Shown here: positions 24,714-32,000 of the stretch, one piece after another | Layout of the letters: the number at the start of each line of letters is the position of its first letter | How positions within the stretch are numbered: position 1 is the first letter of the stretch | Source of the DNA: an uncultured Chloroflexia bacterium | GTDB lineage: Bacteria > Chloroflexota > Anaerolineae > Anaerolineales > Anaerolineaceae | Reading direction: 5' to 3' | Assembly: GCA_963704755.1 (NCBI GenBank) | Contig: OY969938.1 | Location: forward strand, 600,001-632,000 | DNA length: 32,000 nucleotides | Program-made: the position numbers and the translations under genes | Notes under the pieces: model-generated | Database searches by the model: none | Told to the model about the DNA's origin: nothing | The model's input: the letters and a program-made list of their open reading frames with translations, nothing else

Positions 24714-27512
24714 ATGGAATTCCACATTTCTCGCCAGGCCAGGGCTTCATATAACTTCGACCAATCCATTTTTTCATTCAACGGCAATGCCATCCTGGCC
24801 AACTTCCAGGCCGCCCGCCAGTTTGCCCAAAAGATGAATCAGAAGCGCGACCTGGTTCAGTTTCCCGAGCAATCTGTCAAAGCCGGACAGATCAACGCAC
24901 TGGGGCTGATCGACGAAATCCTGCACCTGGTGATCTTCCAATATCTCCAACAAAAAAATTCACTTGCCATGCAGATGGATTTGGACTGGGTCGAGGATCA
25001 GGTTAGTAATACCTCAGTGGATAAAGCCCTGCTGGCCTTTACCCGTGAATTTCCCCCGCAGCCGGTTTATCAAAATGAAATCGATGAAATAACCTACCTG
25101 CAAGGCTCATCCGACGGGCGTTCCAATCGCGAAACTGCCCTGGAAGAAATGATCCTGCTGTGGGTCACCAACCAGAACCCGGCGGTCAGGCCTTTTCAGG
25201 AGTTATTCAACGACGAAATCCTGGACAAAGAGACGGCCTACAGCCCGATTCTGCAAGCCACCCACGAATTCTTCCAGACCCAACCGCCCTTTGGCCCCGA
25301 TTTGCAGAACCTGATCGACATGTTACGCGCACCGGCCCTGGCCCATCCAAACTCATTGACCGACCAGTTAGAATATATTCGCCAGCATTGGTCCGGGTTG
25401 ATCGGGCGCTATCTTTACCGGCTGCTCAGCAGCCTGGATTTGATCAAAGAGGAAGAACGCATGCCGTTCCTGGGACCAGGGCCGACGGTCATCCCCACGT
25501 TCGACCGCAGCCGTTATGGCTATGGCATCGAGGAAGAGAATTTCAGCCCCGACCGCGAATGGATGCCTCGCCTGGTGCTGATCGCCAAGAACTCCTACGT
25601 CTGGTTGGACCAGCTCAGCAAAAAATACCAGCGCCCCATTAATCATCTGGACCAGATTCCAGACCAGGAGCTGGACCAACTGGCCCGTTGGGGATTTTCC
25701 GGCCTGTGGCTGATCGGCTTATGGGAACGCAGCCAGGCCTCCGCCCGCATCAAACAGTTATGTGGCAACCCAGAGGCGATCTCCTCGGCCTATTCACTGG
25801 CCGGCTACCAGATTGCCCAGGACCTGGGCGGGGAAAGCGCCTACCAGGACTTGCACGACCGCGCCTGGCAGCGTGGAATTCGGTTGGCGAGCGATATGGT
25901 TCCCAACCACATGGGCATCGATTCGAATTGGGTGGTAGAGCACCCGGACTGGTTCGTCTCGCTGGATTACAGCCCCTTCCCGTCCTATTCGTTCAATGGG
26001 CCGGACCTGGCCAACGACGGCCGGGCCGGCATTTTCATCGAGGATCATTACTACAATCGCAGCGATGCTGCCGTTGTATTCAAACGGGTGGACCGTTCCA
26101 GCGGTCACGAACAGTACATTTACCATGGGAACGATGGCACCAGCATGCCCTGGAACGACACCGCTCAACTCAACTATCTCAACCCCGAGGTCCGCGAGAG
26201 CGTCATCCAGGTCATCCTGGACGTGGCTCGCCGCTTCCCCATCATCCGTTTCGACGCCGCCATGACCCTGGCCAAGCGCCATTACCAACGCCTGTGGTAT
26301 CCCGAACCCGGCAGCGGCGGCGCAATTCCCTCCCGCGCCGAGCATGGCCTGACCAAAGAGGACTTCGACCAGGCGTTTCCGGAAGAATTCTGGCGTGAGG
26401 TCGTGGAGCGGGTCGCGCGTGAAGCTCCCGATACGCTCTTGCTGGCCGAGGCTTTCTGGCTGATGGAAGGCTATTTTGTGCGCACCCTGGGTATGCACCG
26501 GGTATATAACAGCGCTTTTATGAACATGCTGCGCAATGAGGAAAATGCCAATTACCGCAAGCTGATCAAAAACACCATTGAATTCGAGCCGGAGATCCTC
26601 AAGCGCTACGTGAATTTCATGAACAACCCGGACGAACGCACGGCTATCGACCAATTTGGCAACGGCGATAAATATTTTGGGGTATGTGTGGTCATGGCTA
26701 CCCTGCCGGGCTTGCCCATGTTCGGACACGGCCAGGTGGAGGGCTACACCGAAAAATATGGCATGGAATACCGCCGCGCCTATCGCGACGAGACACCCGA
26801 CCCCTACCTGGTCGAACGGCACGAACGCGAAATATTCCCCTTATTACATCGCCGCTCCCTGTTTGCCGGCGTCGAAAATTTTCACCTGTACGATTTCTTC
26901 ACCTCGGAAGGCTGGGTCAACGAAGACGTCATCGCCTATTCCAACGTCCAGGGTGACCAGCGCAGTCTGGTCCTCTACCACAACAAATTCGCCTCGACCG
27001 AAGGCTGGATCCGCTGGTCGGCCGCCCAAAAGTCCTACCAACCGGGGGAACAGGGGCGCCTGGTTCAACGTTCCCTGGCCGAAGGCCTGGCCATCAGCCC
27101 GGCGGACAATAAATACATCCTGTTTCGAGACCACATTTCCAACCTGGAATTCATCCACCCCAGCCGGGAGATTGCCGAAAAAGGGTTATTCTTCCACCTG
27201 GATGCGTATCGTTGCGCCGTCTTGCTCGATTTCCGTGAGGTTTGGGACGACGATCTCAACTCCTACCAGACGCTCTACAATTACCTGGCCGGCCGGGGCG
27301 TGCCCAACATTCAAGAAGCGCTGCAGGAATTGCTGCTCGGGCCGGTCATGCGCCCCATCCAGGAAATCCTGAATCCAGGTTATTTCCGCTACCTGCTCGA
27401 ACTCGCGCCTGAGCGAAAACCGGCCAACCTTGCCGGAGCGTTTGCTCGACGAAGCGAAAACCAAAATGAGCGCCGTCCTGGATGGCATCCAGGGAGCTAC
27501 CGGCTCCGGTGA
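24714..27512 (+). CDS. Large GH13 (alpha-amylase superfamily)-like protein, N-terminal 932 aa; probably continues into 27430..28179 after a 1-nt frame break
   Basis: ATG 24714 has AGGAG 8 nt upstream. GH13 regions are I DMVPNH, II IIRFDAAMT, III LLAEAFW and IV FMNNPDE. About 300 aa upstream of the catalytic core have no assignment. The last ~30 codons (..AFARRSENQNERRPGWHPGSYRLR) look out of frame. Confidence 0.8.
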   Translation: MEFHISRQARASYNFDQSIFSFNGNAILANFQAARQFAQKMNQKRDLVQFPEQSVKAGQINALGLIDEILHLVIFQYLQQKNSLAMQMDLDWVEDQVSNTSVDKALLAFTREFPPQPVYQNEIDEITYLQGSSDGRSNRETALEEMILLWVTNQNPAVRPFQELFNDEILDKETAYSPILQATHEFFQTQPPFGPDLQNLIDMLRAPALAHPNSLTDQLEYIRQHWSGLIGRYLYRLLSSLDLIKEEERMPFLGPGPTVIPTFDRSRYGYGIEEENFSPDREWMPRLVLIAKNSYVWLDQLSKKYQRPINHLDQIPDQELDQLARWGFSGLWLIGLWERSQASARIKQLCGNPEAISSAYSLAGYQIAQDLGGESAYQDLHDRAWQRGIRLASDMVPNHMGIDSNWVVEHPDWFVSLDYSPFPSYSFNGPDLANDGRAGIFIEDHYYNRSDAAVVFKRVDRSSGHEQYIYHGNDGTSMPWNDTAQLNYLNPEVRESVIQVILDVARRFPIIRFDAAMTLAKRHYQRLWYPEPGSGGAIPSRAEHGLTKEDFDQAFPEEFWREVVERVAREAPDTLLLAEAFWLMEGYFVRTLGMHRVYNSAFMNMLRNEENANYRKLIKNTIEFEPEILKRYVNFMNNPDERTAIDQFGNGDKYFGVCVVMATLPGLPMFGHGQVEGYTEKYGMEYRRAYRDETPDPYLVERHEREIFPLLHRRSLFAGVENFHLYDFFTSEGWVNEDVIAYSNVQGDQRSLVLYHNKFASTEGWIRWSAAQKSYQPGEQGRLVQRSLAEGLAISPADNKYILFRDHISNLEFIHPSREIAEKGLFFHLDAYRCAVLLDFREVWDDDLNSYQTLYNYLAGRGVPNIQEALQELLLGPVMRPIQEILNPGYFRYLLELAPERKPANLAGAFARRSENQNERRPGWHPGSYRLR

Positions 27513-28179
27513 AAACCGCGAACAAATTATCACTGGTCTGAGCCACCTGCTCGATTTGCTGCTGGCCCTTCCTTACCCGCAGGAACACCTGCCGGTACCC
27601 GCTAAAGGCTTCTATCCCCAGGCCGTGGCTTACCTGCAGCAAGGTCTGGTCGACCGGCCGGACCGCTGGACCGTCCTCCTGGCCGCCGGATTCCTGCACC
27701 AACTCGGTAATTTGGCCGGAAAAGAGCGGGCCAGCGAACAAACACTTTCCTGGCTCGAAGAATGGCACATTGCCCGCAAGCTGAACGAACTGGCCGGTGA
27801 TTTGGGCATCGATCCCGAACGGGGTGAAAACGGCAGCCTGCTGCTGCGGTTACTGGTCAGCCAGGAAACCTGGTACGAGAAATTTGCCACCCATACTACC
27901 CGCGCCATATTGGAAGCCTGGATTTCGGACCCGGACATCCAACGCTACCTGGGTATCAACCGTTTCCAGGACGTGCTCTGGTTCAACGCGGAAAGGATGC
28001 AGGATTTTGCCTGGTGGATGACCGTGGCAGCCGTTCTGCACGCTGCCGCCGGCGAAAACTGGACCAGCGTGCAGTTCCTGGAAGTATTACTGGGCAGCTA
28101 CGGAATCGCCCAGGAGATCCAGGATGCAGCCGATGAATCCGAATTCCGGTTGACCCGCTTGCTCGAAGGCCTGGAATAA
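27430..28179 (+). CDS. Helical C-terminal region, most likely the continuation of the GH13-like protein (otherwise a separate 249-aa protein of unknown function)
   Basis: It overlaps the previous ORF by 83 nt in the +1 frame. There is no RBS before TTG 27430. The protein-like sequence starts right at ..LPERLLDEAKTKMSAVLDGIQ. Confidence 0.6.
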   Translation: MPERLLDEAKTKMSAVLDGIQGATGSGENREQIITGLSHLLDLLLALPYPQEHLPVPAKGFYPQAVAYLQQGLVDRPDRWTVLLAAGFLHQLGNLAGKERASEQTLSWLEEWHIARKLNELAGDLGIDPERGENGSLLLRLLVSQETWYEKFATHTTRAILEAWISDPDIQRYLGINRFQDVLWFNAERMQDFAWWMTVAAVLHAAAGENWTSVQFLEVLLGSYGIAQEIQDAADESEFRLTRLLEGLE

Positions 28180-28228
28180 ACCAAATCAATATACTTGATT
28201 TGCAGCTTCTCAGGCAGGGTTAGAAGAT

Positions 28229-28285
28229 GGGGTGTTTTTTCTTGTATTGGCATGCTTCGCATGCCAATACAAGAAAAAACACCCC
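28229..28285. repeat. Perfect 27-bp inverted repeat (3-nt loop) between the convergent GH13 genes
   Basis: GGGGTGTTTTTTCTTGTATTGGCATGC (28229-28255) pairs with GCATGCCAATACAAGAAAAAACACCCC (28259-28285). Confidence 0.85.
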
Positions 28286-28317
28286 GTTCCCCCGTGGCGG
28301 CTGAGAGTTGCCTTGAT

Positions 28318-29724
28318 TTAAAGGCGAAAATAGGCACTGCCCCAACCCGCCAGCCGGGTGGTCAAATGCCCGTCCTGCACCTGGGCAGCGGTCTGTCCAT
28401 CGAGAAGGTCGGTACCCTTCCAGCCATCTGCCAACCCCAACCCATCCAGGGGCAGGCTTATCTCAGTATCGGCCTCACCCGGGTTGGCCACTACCAGCAC
28501 CCGTTCTCCTTCCGCCTGGCGCAGGAAGGCCAGGTGAGTGCGGTTGTCGCCGTTGTTGAGAAAGTTGCACTGGCCGACCTGGAAAGATTTGAGTTCCTTG
28601 CGTAGGGCGACCAGCTTTTTGACCTTTTCGCGAAAAGCACTGTCCCACCGGCTTTCTTCCCAGGGGAAGGCACCCCGGCAGTCCGGGTCTTTACCACCCT
28701 CCATACCGACTTCATCCCCATAATAAATGGCCGGGATGCCCGGTAAGGCGAATTGCAGTGCAAAAGCCAGGGAAGTCCTGGCGACATTTCCGCCTTGCAG
28801 GGTCTTGATCCGCTCGGTATCGTGTGATCCAAGCAAATTGTACATAGCGAACAGGTTATCCTGCGGATAGACCTCGGCGAAATAATCGATCCGCCGGGCA
28901 AATTCAGGAAAGTCGGCATCCGGGTCACCGCCGAGCAGGTCCAGGATGGCCCCTCGCTGCGGGTAGTGCATCAAGCCATCGAAATGACCCTCACTCACCC
29001 AGCGCGGATCCACGTTCCAAATTTCGCCGATCGTATAAGCTTCCGGGTTGGCCTTGTACACCACCTGGCGGAATTCCGCCCAAAACGAATCGTCGTTGAT
29101 CTCGTTAGGGACATCCAGGCGCCAGCCATCTGCGCCCAGCTCGATCCAGTATCGCGAGACGTCCAGCAGGTATTTGCGCACCCCGGCGGTATTGGTATTG
29201 AACTTCGGCATCGGCTTGAAGTTCCACCAGGCCTCGTAGTTGCGAGCCGGTCCGTACGAATAGGCATTCAACGGCAGCTTATGGACATAATACCAATCCA
29301 GGTAAGGAGAGTCTTTGCCATTTTCGAGAATGTCGTTGAACGCGAAGAAGCCCCGGCCGCAATGGTTGAACACGCCGTCCAAAATGACGCGCATCCCTCG
29401 CCCATGGGCTTCTTTGAGCAGGTGTTTGAAGTCTTCCAGATTGCCCAATTTGGGATCGATCTGGAAATAATCGGTGATGTTGTAGCGATGGGTAGAGGGA
29501 GAAATGAAGATCGGGTTTAAATAAAGCGCGTTGATGCCCAGGTCGCTCAGGTAATCCAGCTTTTGGCGGATTCCTTCCAGGTCGCCGCCCATGAAATGGG
29601 TGACGTCTGGCCTGGTGCCCCAGGGTACCACATTGGTCGGGTCGTTGCCCGGGTCGCCATTTGCGAAGCGGTCCGGGAATATCTGGTAGAAAACGGATTC
29701 ATAAACCCAGTTTGGAACAGCCAT
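28318..29724 (-). CDS. GH13 alpha-amylase family enzyme (neopullulanase/cyclomaltodextrinase-like catalytic core, no signal peptide)
   Basis: 468 aa with canonical regions DGVFNH, GWRLDVPNE, GEIW and LGSHDT. The N-terminus is WVYESVFYQIFPDRFANGD. Confidence 0.9.
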   Translation of the reverse strand: MAVPNWVYESVFYQIFPDRFANGDPGNDPTNVVPWGTRPDVTHFMGGDLEGIRQKLDYLSDLGINALYLNPIFISPSTHRYNITDYFQIDPKLGNLEDFKHLLKEAHGRGMRVILDGVFNHCGRGFFAFNDILENGKDSPYLDWYYVHKLPLNAYSYGPARNYEAWWNFKPMPKFNTNTAGVRKYLLDVSRYWIELGADGWRLDVPNEINDDSFWAEFRQVVYKANPEAYTIGEIWNVDPRWVSEGHFDGLMHYPQRGAILDLLGGDPDADFPEFARRIDYFAEVYPQDNLFAMYNLLGSHDTERIKTLQGGNVARTSLAFALQFALPGIPAIYYGDEVGMEGGKDPDCRGAFPWEESRWDSAFREKVKKLVALRKELKSFQVGQCNFLNNGDNRTHLAFLRQAEGERVLVVANPGEADTEISLPLDGLGLADGWKGTDLLDGQTAAQVQDGHLTTRLAGWGSAYFRL

Positions 29725-29748
29725 AATGTACCTTCCTGAATTGCCGCC

Positions 29749-30774
29749 CTATAAATTTTGAACCAACCGCTCGGGATTGTGCTTGAAATCATCCCAGGCA
29801 TAATCTCCGGCAGCGATTTTGGTCAGGGTCTCATCCAGCATGCGGTTAACCGGCGCAGACAGATGCACCCGCTCGGCTTCTCTAACTACCGCCCCGTTCA
29901 GGTAATCGACTTCCAGTTGCCTGCGGCCCTGGCTCAAGTCGATATGAAAAGAAGGCATCTTCCCCCCGCGGCCTTTGATGATGCCATTTTTCAGCAGGAG
30001 CCGGCTCAACACCGGTGGAAACCAGCGAATGACAAAGGACAGCGCCTTGACCGGCGTTTCCGGCACGTCTACGACTTGAAAACCATTTGCCCGCATGATC
30101 GCCAATGTCTCGCGGATCTGGCGGACTTCCAGGGCATAGGCTCGCGGATCATTCATAATTTCCTGCGGGCTCATATCCAGAATCGCTGAAGTGGCGTTCA
30201 CCAGCAGGTTGGTCAGCATTTTAGACCATTTCATCGAGAGCGAGTCCCGAAAATAGACCGGACGCAGCCCGGCTTTATCCAGGATCTGGATCAGTTGGGG
30301 CACAGCAGGATGATTGCCGGAAAGGCCAATGCCGCGCAAACGTTCGAGTGCGACGTGGCCCAAACCAAAACGGCCGACTGCGCTGGTCAACGTCCCGGAG
30401 ATCACCTTATCGGCTCCGACTGCGGCGGCCAGGACCGGCTCATTTTCTACCCCGTTTTGAAAGCTGATCACACCTTCCAGTTGCTCTTTACAGGCAGATA
30501 ACGATTCAGCCAACGCCGGTGTATCGAAGGATTTGACCGCCACGATCGCAAATGCCGGCGCGTTATCCGTACCCAAGGCCTCATCCAGCGTCGCGACGAC
30601 CCTGGGATGGCCAACCGTATATTCGTTGCCATTAATTTCTAAGGTCAACTGGATCTGATTAAAGTCAAGCCCGCTTTCCGGTCGCTCGATAAACACAACC
30701 TCCTGGCCGGCGCGCACCAGGCTGACCCCCAGATAGGTGCCAATAGCACCCAGGCCAAAGATAATGAATTTCAT
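29749..30774 (-). CDS. panE: 2-dehydropantoate 2-reductase family (ApbA/PanE) oxidoreductase
   Basis: 341 aa with an N-terminal Rossmann motif (MKFIIFGLGAIGTYLG). The ApbA-type layout has a C-terminal helical domain. True substrate is uncertain. Confidence 0.7.
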   Translation of the reverse strand: MKFIIFGLGAIGTYLGVSLVRAGQEVVFIERPESGLDFNQIQLTLEINGNEYTVGHPRVVATLDEALGTDNAPAFAIVAVKSFDTPALAESLSACKEQLEGVISFQNGVENEPVLAAAVGADKVISGTLTSAVGRFGLGHVALERLRGIGLSGNHPAVPQLIQILDKAGLRPVYFRDSLSMKWSKMLTNLLVNATSAILDMSPQEIMNDPRAYALEVRQIRETLAIMRANGFQVVDVPETPVKALSFVIRWFPPVLSRLLLKNGIIKGRGGKMPSFHIDLSQGRRQLEVDYLNGAVVREAERVHLSAPVNRMLDETLTKIAAGDYAWDDFKHNPERLVQNL

Positions 30775-30810
30775 AAAGTATTTGTAAGCCTGTCCAGTGT
30801 ATAGATTTCT

Positions 30811-31728
30811 TCAGTCCGCCCAATTTCTTGCCCCGCGGATAAAGGCCACGCCCGGCATGGCTTTTTTCCCGGCGGGTTGAACTTCCTCGAGAACCAGGCT
30901 GCCATCGGTCGTACCAATAGCCGGCAAACCCGCGACCAGGCCTTTTTGGCCTGCCGCCAGCGAGTTTGCTGGAGCAATCCTGGCCCGGTTGACTTTCAAA
31001 ATCTGTCCATGCCAGTAAATGAATGATCCCGGCCAGGGTGAAAAAGCCCGGATCTTGCGTTCCAATTCGACGGCCGGCCGGTCGAAATCCAGCTCGCCAT
31101 CCTCTTTCTTGAGCATCGCTGCGTAGGCCGCGCCTTCTTCTGGCTGAGGTTGAGGTACAATCGACCCATTCAGGTAGCCCGGTAAGGTTTCGATCAGCAG
31201 ATCCGCACCCACTTCCGCCAGGCGCTGTCCCAAGGAGGATGAATCATCCTCGGGGAGAATCCGTACTTCGCGCTTTGCCAGCACCGGGCCGGTATCTACA
31301 CCCGGGTCCAGCTTCATAATCGATACCCCGCTGAACTCATCGCCGGCCAGAATGGCTGCCTGGATTGGGGCAGCTCCTCGCCAGCGCGGCAAAAGCGAGG
31401 CGTGCACGTTGATGCAGCCGTATTGCGCCAGTTCCAGAACGTTCGGGCGTAGAATTTGGCCGTAAGCCGCCACTACAATGAGATCAGGCGCGAAGGCCTG
31501 CAACTGCTCGAAGGCTTCCGGCCGGCGCAGCCGCTCCGGCTGGATGACCGGCACCTTCTTCTGCTCGGCCAGCACTTTCACCGGCGGAGGGGTCAGGACC
31601 TTTCCCCGTCCGGCCGGCCGGTCCGGCTGGGTAACCACGCCAACCACGTTAAAGCCCTGGATCAGCTTATCCAGTACCTTTACGGCAAATTCAGGCGAGC
31701 CCATAAAAACAATTTGTTCGCTATCCAC
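30811..31728 (-). CDS. fmt: Methionyl-tRNA formyltransferase
   Basis: 305 aa with IVFMGSPEFAV, VVTQPDRPAGRG and HASLLPRWRGAAPIQ, plus a C-terminal domain. The start is GTG at 31728. Confidence 0.94.
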   Translation of the reverse strand: MDSEQIVFMGSPEFAVKVLDKLIQGFNVVGVVTQPDRPAGRGKVLTPPPVKVLAEQKKVPVIQPERLRRPEAFEQLQAFAPDLIVVAAYGQILRPNVLELAQYGCINVHASLLPRWRGAAPIQAAILAGDEFSGVSIMKLDPGVDTGPVLAKREVRILPEDDSSSLGQRLAEVGADLLIETLPGYLNGSIVPQPQPEEGAAYAAMLKKEDGELDFDRPAVELERKIRAFSPWPGSFIYWHGQILKVNRARIAPANSLAAGQKGLVAGLPAIGTTDGSLVLEEVQPAGKKAMPGVAFIRGARNWAD

Positions 31729-31967
31729 CGGGCAATTTTAGCACAAGATATTAAATCTTTGTGAATGGCAGAGCTTCAAGCGAAGCAGCCAGAGCCGATG
31801 CCACAACCTTTTCAAACCTGCCCGCCGGCGGTTTTTCTCCAACAAATGAAACATTACCATAAAATTATAGAATTTTATATGTAGTATTTGGATAAGGTTT
31901 GTTATAAAATGTTTTTATCTTTATTTCATAGGATTAACCAGATTGCCAGTCCATTACAGGAGGAAAT

Positions 31968-32000
31968 ATGTCAGATATGAGCTCAGCTCAGCCATCCAGT
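31968..32000 (+). CDS. 5' end of an unidentified gene (11 codons in the window)
   Basis: ATG 31968 is preceded by AGGAGGA. MSDMSSAQPSS runs off the right edge. Confidence 0.3.
   Translation, partial: MSDMSSAQPSS

Noticed and set aside
1-32000. Screen for tRNA, rRNA, transposase, integrase, phage, restriction-modification, toxin-antitoxin or other defence genes
   Set aside because: I recognised none. All long ORFs are accounted for by metabolic, transport or housekeeping families or by the two unknowns listed. All intergenic regions longer than 150 bp were read by eye and contain only repeats, hairpins or promoter-like sequence.

Overview
Mostly housekeeping and metabolic chromosomal window. 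A Chloroflexota/Anaerolineae-like origin is only a weak guess, based on lipobox plus Ala/Pro/Thr linkers, a zinc-ribbon/LysM protein and the repeat types. Gene order: icd (partial, -) | DtxR-family regulator (-) divergent from feoA-feoB-feoC | livK-H-M-G-F amino-acid ABC transporter | Tat-exported L,D-transpeptidase | hemW (-) | zinc-ribbon/LysM membrane protein | trxB and a class-III aminotransferase (-) | DUF309 protein | cyclase and CapA-like lipoprotein (-) | thiolase | about 1 kb coding-free repeat block | 286-aa uncharacterised protein | about 1150-aa atypical GH13 protein | canonical GH13, PanE-like reductase and fmt (all -). I found no rRNA, tRNA, CRISPR, transposase, integrase, phage or recognisable defence or toxin-antitoxin genes, and I cannot point to a clear new protein system. 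The least-explained content is: (1) the protein-free block 22631-23629, made of a heptamer tract, three ~197-bp tandem units full of long palindromes, and a 41-bp tandem array with no adenine for 196 nt; (2) a dispersed ~110-130-bp element in three copies, two of which form a 346-bp MITE-like inverted pair; (3) several 19-27-bp perfect intergenic palindromes; (4) a FeoC-like Cys-motif protein in a dtxR-feoABC locus; (5) a giant GH13-like protein with altered active-site motifs. Three genes (livG, hemW, the giant GH13) have reading frames broken by apparent single-base indels. The livG and hemW breaks lie in short A/T runs and the GH13 break is not pinned down. This looks more like homopolymer assembly error than biology and should be checked before any interpretation.
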